Origin: Macrostomum lignano
Taxonomy: Eukaryota
Assembly: GCA_002269645.1 (NCBI GenBank)
Contig: NIVC01001372.1
Coordinates: 62,001 to 126,000, forward strand
DNA: 64,000 bases
Direction: 5' to 3'
Shown here: in pieces, positions 1 through 12,887 of the stretch
Layout of the letters: each line of letters starts with the position of its first letter
How positions within the stretch are numbered: the first letter of the stretch is position 1
Notes under the pieces: model-generated
The model's input: only the letters and a program-made list of their open reading frames with translations
Told to the model about the DNA's origin: nothing
Database searches by the model: none
Translations under genes and position numbers: made by a program

Positions 1-1
1 C

Positions 2-181
2 AAACTGTCTAGTCTCTTCGTATCGTTTTATTGGCGCCGCGGCTGTCTCAGCCTGCATACCGTTGTAGTCGATGCTAATTAGGCTCGGCTTGGATGATGC
101 CGATGCCAGCCTCTCGCTAGCTAATTCGGGTAGGCGGATGGCCGCCGGAGCGGAATAGATTCCGATTGTCTTAGTTGTCAT
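2..181 (-). CDS. Possible first coding exon of a gene running off the window start (MTTKTIGIYSAPAAIRLPELASERLASASSKPSLISIDYNGMQAETAAAPIKRYEETRQF...)
   Basis: ATG at 181-179 opens a stop-free GC-rich frame to the window edge. An acceptor-like ctttaacAG ends at 192, just upstream. It is divergent from MPDU1. No family recognised. Confidence 0.35.
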   Translation of the reverse strand, partial: MTTKTIGIYSAPAAIRLPELASERLASASSKPSLISIDYNGMQAETAAAPIKRYEETRQF

Positions 182-864
182 GGCTACCTTTCTGTTAAAG
201 CGTTTCTAAGTCTGTCTTGCTAGAATTCCGATGCTGTTTTGTCAGTGTTTAGTATTTCCCTAATATGCCGCAGCTTCATTGCATCCAGTTTTTTTCTCTA
301 TACTTGAACTGTACACCCATCTCCAAGGCTGTTTTATAACTTGGCTATGGAATACCTGTTGTGTACAGTGAGTGAGTGGCATTGTTGAGACGGCTGCTGG
401 GGTAGTGCCGTGCATTTTCTGTCTGTCTCTCTCTCTATCCTAGCCTCCATAAATTTGCGTCTACGCTTTAGACGAAACCTTGTCAAAATAGCGTAGACGA
501 GGCCAGCAAGAGCGAGAGAGAGAGAGAGAGAGTTGAACAAAAGCAGAGTATGCGATAGGCTTAATATTCAAGTGTGCATGCTTTTAGAGCAGTTGTCATC
601 ATTTTTTTCTACTCCTATTCACGTGCCTATTGACCAAAGAAGCGAGATGTCAAAGTTGAGTTCAAAGAAGGATTGAGATTATTTAAGAGTATAGTTAAAA
701 TGTTCTTTGCTTTTTCATCTCTGCCTTTTAACATGTGACAGTTGTCTTTGTTACTCCTAAATTGATTTTTTTCTGTGGATTACAGAACTGTAGATTTCTA
801 TTTAACTCGTATTTATCTATTTATGGTTGGGAGCACTGCTACGAGCTACGTATTAGCCACCTTG

Positions 865-2370
865 GTTAGCCTACTACCACGTTTGTACTTTGGATAGCCT
901 ACTACCACGTTTGTACTTTGGATAGCCTACTACACCGTTTGTACTTTGAGTAGCCTACTACCCTGTTTGTACTTTGTATAGCCTACTACCCCGTTTGTAC
1001 TTTGGATAGCCTACTACGTACCCTGTTTGTACTTTGGATAGCCTACTACCCCGTTTGTACTTTGGATAGCTTACTACCCTGTTTGTACTTTGGATAGCCT
1101 ACTACCCCGTTTGTACTTTGTATAGCCTACTACCCCGTTTGTACTCTGTATAGCCTACTACCCCGTTTGTACTTTGGTTAGCCTACTACACTGTTTGTAC
1201 TTTGTATAGCCTACTACCCTGTTTGTACTTTGGATAGCCTACTACCCCGTTTGTACTTTGTATAGCCTATTACACTGTTTGTACTTTGTATAGCCTACTA
1301 CCCTGTTTGTACTTTGTATAGCCTACTACCCTGTTTGTACTTTGGATAGCCTACTACCCCGTTTGTACTTTGAATAGCCTACTACCCTGTTTGTACTTTG
1401 GATAGCCTACTACCCCGTTTGTACTTTGTATAGCCTACTACCCCGTTTGTACTTTGTATAGCCTACTACCCTGTTTGTACTTTGTATAGCCTACTACCCT
1501 GTTTGTACTTTGAATAGCCTACTACCCCGTTTGTACTTTGGATAGCCTACTACCCTGTTTGTACTTTGGATAGCCTACTACCCCGTTTGTACTTTGTATA
1601 GCCTACTACCCCGTTTGTACTCTGTATAGCCTACTACCCCGTTTGTACTTTGGTTAGCCTACTACACTGTTTGTACTTTGTATAGCCTACTACCCTGTTT
1701 GTACTTTGGATAGCCTACTACCCCGTTTGTACTTTGTATAGCCTACTACCCTGTTTGTACTTTGGATAGCCTACTACCCGTTTGTACTTTGGGTAGCCTA
1801 CTAACCTGTTTGTACTTTGTATAGCCTACTACCCTGTTTGTACTTTGTATAGCCTACTACCCTGTTTGTACTTTGGATAGCCTACTACGTACCCTGTTTG
1901 TACTTTGTATAGCCTACTACCCCGTTTGTACTTTTGATAGCCTACTACCCTGTTTGTACTTTATATAGCCTACTACCCCGTTTGTACTTTATATAGCCTA
2001 CTACACCGTTTGTACTCTGTATAGCCTACTACCCCGTTTGTACTTTGTATAGCCTACTACACCGTTTGTACTTTGAGTAGCCTACTACCCTGTTTGTACT
2101 TTGGATAGCCTACTACGTACCCTGTTTGTACTTTGGATAGCCTACTACCCCGTTTGTACTTTGGATAGCCTACTACCCTGTTTGTACTTTATATAGCCTA
2201 CTACCCCGTTTGTACTTTATATAGCCTACTACACCGTTTGTACTTTGAGTAGCCTACTACCCTGTTTGTACTTTGTATAGCCTACTACCCTGTTTGTACT
2301 TTGGATAGCCTACTAACTCGATTTGTATTTTGCTTAGTCTATAGGAGTACTACCCAGTTTGTACTTTGGA
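865..2370. repeat. Minisatellite, 28-bp unit (tagcctactacccYgtttgtactttgKa), about 50 copies
   Basis: Directly visible tandem unit, with occasional +4 (cgta) variants. Confidence 0.95.
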
Positions 2371-2493
2371 TAAGCGTACATGCACTTTCAGTTAAATTGT
2401 TAAGTTTAGTCTCCGATATTCTGCTATATTAAAGACAAGACTATATACATAAATACTTTCAGCTTAGTAGCAACAGTAACCAAAGTAAACAAG

Positions 2494-3219
2494 ATGACAG
2501 CCATATTTCGGCAACTATTCTCAATGGCAGTGTCTGAGCACTGCTACGACACCATGTTTCAATCTGGTCATCTATTCGACATTGCCTGTCTAAAACTACT
2601 CATAACCAAAGGCCTTGGCTATGGAATCATTCTAGGCAGCATAGTTGTTAAACTGCCTCAGATTATTAAAATTTTTGCTAGCCGATCTAGTCGCGGATTA
2701 TCATTTGCCGCTAATCTATTGGAATTAGTGGCCATCTCGGCTACGGCATCTTACGGCTGGCGACGGGGCTTTCCGTTTAGCGCCTACGGCGAAGGCTTGT
2801 TCATGGCGTTCCAGACTAGCTTGATTGCTTTCCTGACTCTGTTCTACAGCGGTCAGGCCGTGCGCGGCTGGGGCTTTCTCACGTTGTACGCGCTGATCAT
2901 GGCATACCTGATGTCGCCACGGGCTCCGTTCTCTTGGCTGCAACTGTTGCAGACAGGCAGCGTCCCGCTCACAGCCTCTGGCAAGCTGTGGCAGGCTTGG
3001 TATAACTATCGGAATAGCAGCACTGGGCAGCTGTCACTTATCACCTGTCTGCTGCTGTTCCTAGGCAGCGTTGCTAGGATATTCACGTCTGTGCAGGAGA
3101 CTGGGGATCAGTTAGTTGTTGTAATGTACACCGTGTCCACCGCTTGCAACGGTATTATATTGGCTCAGATTTCCTACTATTGGAATGCCGATCGGGCTGC
3201 CAGAAGCAAGGCTGAATAA
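2494..3219 (+). CDS. MPDU1: Mannose-P-dolichol utilization defect 1 protein (PQ-loop/Lec35 family), single coding exon, 241 aa
   Basis: Motifs KGLGYGIILGSIVVKLPQIIKI, GFPFSAYGE and TGQLSLIT..LLFLGSVARIFTSVQETGD match MPDU1. ATG to TAA. Acceptor-like tactttcAG at 2453-2462 precedes the ATG. Confidence 0.93.
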   Translation: MTAIFRQLFSMAVSEHCYDTMFQSGHLFDIACLKLLITKGLGYGIILGSIVVKLPQIIKIFASRSSRGLSFAANLLELVAISATASYGWRRGFPFSAYGEGLFMAFQTSLIAFLTLFYSGQAVRGWGFLTLYALIMAYLMSPRAPFSWLQLLQTGSVPLTASGKLWQAWYNYRNSSTGQLSLITCLLLFLGSVARIFTSVQETGDQLVVVMYTVSTACNGIILAQISYYWNADRAARSKAE

Positions 3220-3342
3220 GTTTATTAATAACTGAAATGATGGATTGAAAATCTTGTTAGAAATGTTTATTAACTACTTGTTACATCAGTGACGTATCTA
3301 TGGAAAGTCAGCGGAGAAGTTGAAGGTGCTCAACTGGGCCTT

Positions 3343-4600
3343 TGTCTAACAATGAAGTTCCGCTACCCTCCTCCCCTTGTCTACCAATGAAGTTCCGCTA
3401 CCCTCCTCCCCATGTCTACCAATGAAGTTCCGCTACCCTCCTCCCCTTGTCTACCAATGAAGTTCCGCTACCCTGTTCCCCATGTCTACCAATGAAGTTC
3501 CGCTACCCTGCTCCCCATGTCTACCAATGAAGTTCCGCTACCCTGCTCCCCATGTCTACCAATGAAGTTCCGCTACCCTCCCTACCTGTGTACCAATGAA
3601 GTGTCGCTACCCTGCTCCCCTTGTCTACCAATGAAGTTCCGCTACCCTGCTCCCCATGTCTACCAATGAAGTTCCGCTACCCTGCTCCCCATGTCTACCA
3701 ATGAAGTTCCGCTACCCTCCCTACCTGTGTACCAATGAAGTGTCGCTACCCTGCTCCCCTTGTCTACCAATGAAGTTCCGCTACCCTGTTCCCCATGTCT
3801 ACCAATGAAGTTCCGCTACCCTGCTCCCCATGTCTACCAATGAAGTTCCGCTACCCTGCTCCCCATGTCTACCAATGAAGTTCCGCTACCCTCCCTACCT
3901 GTGTACCAATGAAGTGTCGCTACCCTGCTCCCCTTGTCTACCAATGAAGTTCCGCTACCCTGCTCCCCATGTCTACCAATGAAGTTCCGCTACCCTGCTC
4001 CCCATGTCTACCAATGAAGTTCCGCTACCCTCCCTACCTGTGTACCAATGAAGTGTCGCTACCCTGCTCCCCTTGTCTACCAATGAAGTTCCGCTACCCT
4101 GCTCCCCATGTCTACCAATGAAGTTCCGCTACCCTGCTCCCCATGTCTACCAATGAAGTTCCGCTACCCTCCTTACCTGTGTACCAATGAAGTGTCGCTA
4201 CCCTGCTCCCCTTGTCTACCAATGAAGTTCCGCTACCCTCCTCCCCTTGTCTACCAATGAAGTTCCGCTACCCTCGGCTTGTCTACCAATGAAGTTCCGC
4301 TACCCTCCTCCCCTTATCTACCAATGAAGTTCCACTACCCTCCGCTTGTCTACCAATGAGATTCCGCTACCCTCGGCTTATCTACCAATGAAGTTCCACT
4401 ACCCTCCGCTTGTCTACCAATGAGATTCCGCTACCCTCGGCTTGTCTACCAATGAAGTTCCACTACCCTCCGCTTGTCTACCAATGAAGTTCCGCTGCCC
4501 TCCTCCCCTTGTCTACCAATGAAGTGCCGCTATCCTGCCCTCGTCTACCAATGAAGTTCCACTACCCTCCTTACCTGTCTACCAATGAAGTTCCGCTGCC
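3343..4600. repeat. Minisatellite, 35-bp unit (tgtctaccaatgaagttccgctaccctgctcccca) with a 139-bp higher-order period
   Basis: The variant unit tgtgtacc..gtgtcgc recurs at 3587, 3726, 3900, 4039 and 4178. Confidence 0.95.
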
Positions 4601-4904
4601 TTCCCAAACTACAGAATCCTAAATCCGACATAAGCAAGTAAATACGTGTACGCTATGCAATATACAATATGCAATATGCAATATCGTATGTATGCTATTT
4701 TCTGTTTCCAGGTTTAACTGTTTCATTCTATCTGTCTTCTTTTACGTTATTATTTATACGATGGATTATAATTGCTATCTTTTTAATAACTCATACATAA
4801 ATGCGTCTGGCTTATTTAAAACAATTGTTAGCTAGCTTCATTAATATTCATTAACTTGTGCTTCTCTTGGCAATGCTTTCCTTCTAGTTTGAGATGCATC
4901 CAAG

Positions 4905-5225
4905 AGTGGGTGAGATTCATAGAATATTGAGTGAGATTCATATAGGATTGGGTGAGATTCATACAGGATTGGTTGAGATTCAGACAGGATTGGGTGAGAT
5001 TTATACAGGATTGGATGAGATTCATATAAGATTGGGTGAGGTTCATAGAATATTGAGTGAGATTCATAGAGGATTGGGTGAGATTCATAGAGGATTGGGT
5101 GAGATTCATATAAAATTGGGTGAGATTCATACAAGATTGGGTGAGATTCATAAGGGATTGGGTGAGATTTATAGAAGATTGGGTGAGATTCATATAAGAT
5201 TTGGTGGGATACAGAGATTCGTGAG
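4905..5225. repeat. Minisatellite, 21-bp unit (gattgggtgagattcatagag)
   Basis: Visible tandem unit. It explains the heptad-like ORFs on both strands. Confidence 0.9.
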
Positions 5226-5749
5226 ATTCGGAATCTATGACACGCGCAATGCAGTTTTATTTATAACCTAATACTTTCTTCTTAATATTCTGGTAAATAT
5301 TTTCCTCATGTCCTGACTTACTTTCAAAAGTTACAAATGCTTGCAGGCATTGGTCGAACAACACTATTTCTTCCGGTAACCTATGTTTAGCAGTTTAGTA
5401 AAATTAGCATACTTTGCACTTCGTATTTGTATAACTGTTATATATGGTATGCTGCATATTGTTATGCACCACTGTGTACTTTGTATTAACTATTAGTCTA
5501 AACAACTGTTAATTATAGAAAAAGATGCTTCTTAGTTCGTTCATGATTAAAGTGTGCCAATTTGAACTCGTTTCTAGATGATTATAACTGGCTATACCTG
5601 TCTAGACCGTAGAATAACATAATCTTCGTCTTATTTATTCATTTCGATTTTAGACACCACTTAGTTTATCTTTAACTTCATGGATTTTACCTTTAGCTAG
5701 TTCCTTTCTTCATTTAACTCTCACCTTGTCTTGATTTCTTTCTGTACCT

Positions 5750-7437
5750 TCCCCTCCCTGCATCTCAGTTCTTCTCCCTTCACTCCCTGCATCTCTCAGT
5801 TCTTCTCCCTTCACTCTCTGCATCTCTCAGTTCTCCCTTCACTCCCTGCATCTCTGATCAGTTCTTCTCCCTTCACTCCCTGCATCTCTCAGTTCTTCTC
5901 CCTTCACTCCCTGCATCTCTCAGTTCTTCTCCCTTCACTCCCTGCATCTCTCAGTTCTTCTCCCTTCACTCCCTGCATCTCTCAGTTCTTCTCCCTTCAC
6001 TCTCTGCATCTCTCAGTTCTCCCTTCACTCCCTGCATCTCTGATCAGTTCTTCTCCCTTCACTCCCTGCATCTCTCAGTTCTTCTCCCTTCACTCCCTGC
6101 ATCTCTCAGTTCTTCTCCCTTCACTCCCTGAATCTCTCAGTTCTTCTTCCTTCACTCCCTGAATCTCTCAGTTCTTCTCCCTTCACTCTCTGCATCTCTC
6201 AGTTCTTCTCCCTTCACTCCCTGCATCTCTCAGTTCTTCTCCCTTCACTCCCTGCATCTCTGATCAGTTCTTCTCCTTTCACTCCCTGCATCTCTCAGTT
6301 CTTCTCCCTTCACTCCCTGCATCTCTCAGTTCTTCTCCCTTCACTCCCTGCATCTCTCAGTTCTTCTCAATTCACTCCCTGCATCCCTCAGTCTCAGTTC
6401 TTCTCCATTCACTCCCTGCATCTCTCAGTTCTTCTCAATTCACTCCCTGCATCTCTCAGTTCTTCTCCCTTCACTCCCTGCATCCCTCAGTTCTTCTCCA
6501 TTCACTCCCTGCATCTCTCAGTTCTTCTTCCTTCACTCCCTGCATCTCTGTTCAATCATCTCCCTTCACTCCCTGCATCCCTCAGTTCTTCTCCCTTCAC
6601 TCCCTGCATCTCTGTTCAATCATCTCCCTTCACTCTCTGCATCTCTCAGTTCTTCTCCCTTCACTCCCTGCATCTCTCAGTTCTTCTCCATTCACTCCCT
6701 GCATCCTTCAGTTCTTCTCCATTCACTCCCTGCATCTCTCAATTCTTCTCCCTTCACTTCCTGCATCTCTGTTCAATCATCTCTCTTCACTCCCTGCATC
6801 TCTGTTCAATCATCTCCCTTCACTCCCTGCATCTCTGTTCAATCATCTCCCTTCACTCCCTGCATCTCTGTTCAATCATCTCCCTTCACTCCCTGCATCT
6901 CTGTTCAATCATCTCCCTTCACTCCCTGCATCCCTCAGTTCTTCTCCCTTCACTCCCTGCATCTCTGTTCAATCATCTCCCTTCACTCTCTGCATCTCTC
7001 AGTTCTTCTCCCTTCACTCCCTGCATCTCTCAGTTCTTCTCCATTCACTCCCTGCATCCTTCAGTTCTTCTCCATTCACTCCCTGCATCTCTCAATTCTT
7101 CTCCCTTCACTTCCTGCATCTCTGTTCAATCATCTCTCTTCACTCCCTGCATCTCTGTTCAATCATCCCCTTCACTCCCTGCATCTCTCAGTTCTTCTCC
7201 CTTCACTCCCTGCATCTCTCAGTTCTTCTCCATTCACTCCCTGCATCCCTCAGTTCTTCTCCATTCACTCCCTGCATCTCTCAGTTCTTCTCCCTTCACT
7301 TCCTGCATCTCTGTTCAATCATCTCCCTTCACTCCCTGCATCTCTGTTCAATCATCTCCCTTCACTCCCTGCATCTCTGTTCAATCATCTCCCTTCACTC
7401 CCTGCATCTCTGTTCAATCATCTCCCTTCACTCCTTG
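5750..7437. repeat. Pyrimidine-rich minisatellite, about 31-bp unit (cttctcccttcactccctgcatctctcagtt)
   Basis: Visible tandem unit. A second variant (ctctgttcaatcatctccc) dominates the 3' half. Confidence 0.95.
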
Positions 7438-7554
7438 CTCGTGTGTCATTCTAAATTGTAGTAATTAAATCAATAAGAAATAAATTAACCTGCATAATTA
7501 TTCATGCTTAGCTTCAAATCTTATCAATATCAAACATCAACCCCGCTCTTTTGC

Positions 7555-9819
7555 ATGGCAACAAGAGCAACAGCAACAACAGAATCAGGTGGCAACCAGC
7601 CACCTAGCTGGAGAAACCTCAGCTTGGTCAATTCTGCTTCCACTGCCAGTTCCAGTCCTCAGCACTCCTTTGTTATCCAATTGGCATCCCAGCCGGCTAA
7701 TCTGCAGCCAACTAGTCGCTTGGCAGTCTGTTCCCCTAGCAACCAGATCCTGCTGCTTGACAGGCGTTCTCTGCAGCCTATTGATGGGCAGCTGTTGGGA
7801 TCCGGTCACGACAGTCAAATAGTAGATTGCAGATTCTCTCGGGCAGCCTGGTATGAGCTGTTAACCTGCGCTAGCAGGTGGGACGACCAGCTGTTGCTAT
7901 GGGATCTTCGAGTTAATAATAACAAAGGTGGATCTGCTGCTATTGTTAGATTTAATAGCGAGTCCGGCGACTGCATGTCTACGGCTGATATCAGCTGCGA
8001 TGGATTGTTGCTATGTGCTGGTGCGGAGCTGGATTCTGCTAACCAGGATGCCAGGATTGTCTTCTGGGACAGGTGGGTTACCTTGAAGGGTATTTAGGAG
8101 CTGAGTCTGAAGGGTATTTGGGGCTGATCCTGAAGGGTATTTGGGGCTGATCCTGAAGGGTATTTGGGAGCTGAGTCTGAAGGGTATTTGGGAGCTGAGT
8201 CTGAATGGTATTTGGGAGCTGAGTCTGAAGGGTATTTGGGGCTGATCCTGAAGGGTATTTGGGAGCTGAGTCTGAAGGGTATTTGGGGCTGATCCTGAAG
8301 GGTATTTGGGAGCTGAGTCTGAAGGGTATTTAGGAGCTGAGTCTGAAGGGTATATGGGAGCTGAGTCTGAAGGGTATTTGGGAGCTGAGTCTGAAGGGTA
8401 TTTGGGGCTGATCCTGAAGGGTATTTGGGAGCTGAGTCTGAAGGGTATTTGGGAGCTGAGTCTGAAGGGTATTTGGGGCTGATCCTGAAGGGTATTTAGT
8501 AGCTGAGTCTGAAGGGTATTTGGGAGCTGAGTCTGAAGAGTATTTAGGAGCTGAGTCTGAAGGGTATTTGGGGCTGATCCTGAAGGGTCTTTAGGGGTGA
8601 TCCTGTAGGGTATTTGGGAGCTGAGTCTGAAGGGTATTTGGGAGCTGAGTCTGAAGGGTATTTGGGGCTGATCCTGAAGGGTATTTGGGAGCTGAGTCTG
8701 AAGGGTATTTGGGGCTGATCCTGAAGGGTATTTGGGAGCTGAGTCTGAAGGGTATTTGGGGCTGATCCTGTAGGGTATTTGGGAGCTGTGTCTGAAGGTA
8801 TTTGGGAGCTGTGTCTGAGGGTATTTGGGAGCTGTGTCTGAAGGGTATTTGGGAGCTGAGTCTGAAGGGTATTTGGGAGCTGTGTCTGAAGGGTATTTGG
8901 GAGCTGAGTCTGAAGGGTATTTGGGAGCTGAGTCTGAAGGATATTTGGGAGCTTTGTCTGAAGGCGTATTTTGGGCTGAGCCTGAAGGGTATTTTGGGCT
9001 GAGCCTGAAGGGTATTTGGGGCAGTAAATGACAGGACAATCCCCACTGTCAATCTCCCCACACCGCAGGCGATTCCCCACGGCGCCGCTAGGCTGCTACA
9101 GTGACTCACATCAGGACTCGCTGGCCCGGGTTCGATTCCACCCAAGCCGGTCGCGCCGCCTGCTCACAGCCAGCCTGGACGGCCTGGCCTGTTCATTCGA
9201 TCTCACAGCTGAATGCGAAGACGACGCCCTGGTGTTCACCTACAATGCCGGCTGCGGAATCCACGGCGCAGATTGGATTGCAGCCGACAGCGACCTGCAG
9301 CCAGCTCAACTGGCCGAGTCAGTTGCCTACGTGCTCACCGGGCAGGAGGGCTACGCGCTGTTCGAAGCTGAAGAACTTGGCGACACTCTGATTGAGCTGG
9401 ATAGATTGCCTGTCCTCGGCGGCCCGACTATCCATGATGACGCCAGCGAGGAAGCTGACGATGGTGTTACAAGCCGGGTGGCCGACTATATTGTCGGCCC
9501 GCTCACCTGCGGCCACCACCTGCTTGTTGGCCAACACAGCGGCAGGCTGGGCGTGCTGTCGTTGAAGCAGCAGACGGCTCCGGTATGGCTGAGCGAAGGC
9601 GCTGTCGGGCATGCGGACACTGTGCGGTGCTGTCACTGGGACAGCGAGACCAACTCTCTGGTGACCGGCTCTGAGGACGGCATGCTCTGCCTGTGGCAGC
9701 AGCAGACAGCGTCTGGCGGCCTTTCTGCTGCTTCCAGGCCGGCGGAGTCTTTCGCCAAGAAAGAGCGACAGAAGAAGCGAAAGCAGAGACGGGCAAGGAT
9801 GGGACCCGTGTCTGGCTGA
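7555..9819 (+). CDS. WDR89: WD repeat-containing protein 89; exons 7555-8072 and 9069-9819
   Basis: Phase-2 intron AG|GTGGGT ... ccgcAG|G restores FWDRRFPTAPLGCYSDSHQDSLARVRFHP. Motifs DDALV..N and GHADTVRCCHWD..SLVTGSEDGMLCLW match WDR89. Confidence 0.85.
8083..9022. repeat. Intronic minisatellite, 23/24-bp units (ctgaagggtatttgggagctgagt / ctgaagggtatttggggctgatc)
   Basis: Fills almost the whole WDR89 intron, starting 10 nt after the donor. Confidence 0.95.
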
Positions 9820-9859
9820 GGTCACTTCCCGTGATATTGTCTACACTTTCCCTCCCTGT

Positions 9860-10060
9860 GGCTCAGTCCCTCAGTCTCCCTGTCTCCCTCTCCCCCTCCC
9901 TGTCTCTCAGTCCCTCAGTCTCCCTGTCTCCCTCTCCCCCTCCCTGTCTCTCAGTCCCTCAGTCTCCCCGTCTCTCACTCGCTCTCTCTGTCTCTCAGTC
10001 CCTCAGTCTTCCTGTCTCACTCGCTCTCTCTGTCTCCTCTCCCTCTTCCTTTATCCCTGT
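9860..10060. repeat. CT-rich low-complexity tandem repeats downstream of the WDR89 stop
   Basis: Repeated ctcagtccctcagtctccc blocks. Confidence 0.75.
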
Positions 10061-10476
10061 CTGACCCCTCCCTCGCATTTTCTCACTGCCTCTCTGGACC
10101 CCTCTCATCCTCCTTGTCTCTGCTGTCTATAGTGTTTCTATGCAAGACTTGTTTAGGCGTGGCCGATTTGCCTTTTTTATCTTTTAATCAGCAAAAGTAT
10201 AATTTAACAAAAATATAAACTATTGACGCAATCATACATTGCTGACCTATATTTTAAAATTGCTTTAATGCGTATGAATACTAGTGAGCCACATGGCGAA
10301 TTTTGCAATATTGTGGAAAATTCTTGACAGGTGCTTAGGCTGATAATCCAGATTTTTCAAGTGCTGATTTTGAGCCTCGCCTACGCTCGATTGGTTTCAT
10401 AGCAGCAGTTTGTTTGCCGTCTAAAATCTGTCAAAAACAATATATTGATTACAGCATCAAGTTCCATGCGTAGAGG

Positions 10477-12200
10477 ATTAACAGTAGAACTACCAAGGGG
10501 GGGGGGAAATTTCCCCCCCTGACAATTTTTTTTGCTGCGCCGGAACGGAGCAACGCAGGCACACGAAATTCAAGAACACGGGCTAACTTTTTGTTGCGCA
10601 CCTTCTCAAACAAGAATCAAGTCGCCAGCCCTCCGGACCGTCGAGATATTCGACGATTCTGCCAGAAGGTCGGATTTTTCCCATAAGCGCTAGTGTATTC
10701 AGTACACCCCTGTGCGCCAATCAGCACTGCGCCTCAGTGCAGCCTTGCCAAGTCTCCAAATTCCATCAGCACGTCGACCACATGTGTCTGCATCAGTTCT
10801 GACTTCGTTGGTCACTAGCCTTCACCCAGGTGGAGCTTCTGGACCCTCAACAGCTGTGGCACCAGGTGACTATGGACACCCTGATGCGGATTTCTCTAGT
10901 TTCGCCGATCAAGCCTCGACAGTGGGCAAGAATCAACCGTCAGACATTCTCAGCTAGTCTCTCAAGCATTCCGTCATCATCCCGACGCCGTCGGCACCTT
11001 CAATAGATTACACCAGGTGACAATGGACACCCTGATGCTGATTTCTCTAGTTTCGCCGATCAAGCCTCGACAGTGGGCAAAAATCAACTGCTGGACATCC
11101 TAAGCTAGTCATTCAAGCATTCAGCCATCACCCCGACGCCGTCGGCACCTTCAACAGGTGGCACCAGGTGACTATGAAGATCCTGTTGGAACTATGTCAG
11201 ATTTTTCTTATCAAGCTTCAATAATGGGCAAACCTCAACCCACGGACATTCTCAGCTAGTCTCTTGAGCCTTCAGTCTGATCTTGCTGAAAATTGCTGAT
11301 CTTGCACGCACGCCCAAGCATGCAGAATTGATTTTGTCTATGGTAAAATCTCCTTTACATGTAGGTCTAATGCGTCATAGGTGCAGGATTGATTTCGTCC
11401 ATGGTTGAACTTCATGGTCTATTATTAAGATGGAATAAATTAAAAATGACTCACTCGTTAGCGTTCAAGAATCTATACAGTCCAGGGGGCTGAGTGCACT
11501 CTGATGCACTTTAAACGACAAGGTCACACAAATGGCGCGAGGCATTACTGCCCATTCCGCCGACTCCCCTGAGCAGGCACACAAGCAGTCTTACGCACAG
11601 GCACACACTCACAGGAGTGTACAGCGGCCCTAACTTTATTTATCGTAGGCATGTACATTTCACTGTGTCTTGGGGGTTGGGCCTCGAGGGTTTTACGCTC
11701 GTAATTGCCTTCGGCCAGTTGTAGTCTCCCGCAGCCTCCTCCATCTTGATCCTGTAGATTGTGTAAAATTGAAATTGAAGTCGCTTTTATAATCACTACA
11801 GACAGCTGCATTTTTAGCCGCGAGATTGTACTTTAAAGCTATTAAAGCTATTAAAAGTACATTCTTGAGACAATGTGATTTTTTCATAAACAATGGTTGA
11901 TTTTAGGCACTCGTAGCTGGTTTCGCCATTCGTGAGAAAAATGCTATCATTGTCTGTCTCCAATATAGACAATCTACATGTATTACCATTGAATCATATA
12001 GATTGTATTACTAGTGTTGTAGTTGTCCCCGATTGTACGTCGTATCTATTAGTACACACTCATACATGTATTTGCTTAGTGTCTGGAGCAGAAGCATGAC
12101 ATTTTTGCTTGTCGGACCATGATAACTGCATGTACTAACACGACAACTAATTGATACAATGAGCTCTCTATGACCAAAACATTTTTAACCGTTAGTTGTA
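10477..12200 (-). mobile_element. Degenerate piggyBac-like DNA transposon remnant
   Basis: TTAA followed by cagtagaactacc and a G/C hairpin at 10477-10520. Frameshifted minus-strand fragments W.DK.NVMLL, LVIQ.YDSM..VD, RLQLAE and GRC..C..RKT..C..ICVT..FKVH follow the order of the piggyBac catalytic C-terminus and Cys-rich tail. The second terminus was not found. Confidence 0.45.
10861..11280. repeat. Three tandem copies of a 151-bp unit
   Basis: accaggtgac recurs at 10861, 11012 and 11163. Confidence 0.9.
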
Positions 12201-12887
12201 CTGTAAGTGCTCTCGATCAGCACTATAAGAAACAAAATTTGATCGGGCACTACGGAGTGCAGGGCTATATTCTTGACAAACACGACCATGTCGAAAAAAT
12301 TAACGAGATAGTTCAGGATCCGGCCAGATTCGAAATGCAATGAGATTGTTGGTGCCTGGATGACCTGGGAAAAGGACAATTGGATGTCCCTAAACTGACG
12401 GGGTGCTCCTAAATTCTATAGGCGATTTCTAGATATGTTATTAAGCTTGCCATATGAGCAAGTGCTGATGTTAAATTTTAATATATATCCGATGGCAAGA
12501 ACAAAGTCGTTTACTTTTTGGAAATCTTCAATTCCGATCATTCCGACATCAAATTTACCATATAGTGGCGTCTGTGAGTCCCGGAAGAATGCAGGTACAG
12601 GTCACGGATTCGGTTGAAGCAGCTCTCGTCTTGTCTCTCTGGCCATCGCTCACAGGCCTCTCTGGGACAATTCAATTTCGTACACTAGAGCTATAGGAAC
12701 CATCAGCAATTCAAAGCCACCTAAACTGTTACAAGTTGCATGCGTTGAAGTGCTTGAAAACTGTGCGACATCTGTATATACGTTCTATTAACATAGTGTG
12801 TTGTTTGCCTCTCCGCCCCTCACTATTCAGTTTAACCTCACAATTCCCTTTCACCATGCTAAATGCCGTTCCGCCCTATTTCGTTTC

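Noticed and set aside
865-7437. CRISPR-like arrays (28-35-bp repeats)
   Set aside because: The units are contiguous with no unique spacers, there are no cas genes, and the context is eukaryotic.
7548-7557. Flatworm spliced-leader-like TGCATG at the WDR89 start
   Set aside because: Only 6-7 nt match, expected by chance at an ATG. No SL RNA structure or Sm site follows.
4828-9145. Long ORFs in the track with heptad or periodic peptides (MNLTQS, LGEIHRG, PKYPSDSA etc.)
   Set aside because: They are translations of minisatellites, open in several frames and on both strands, with no domain content.
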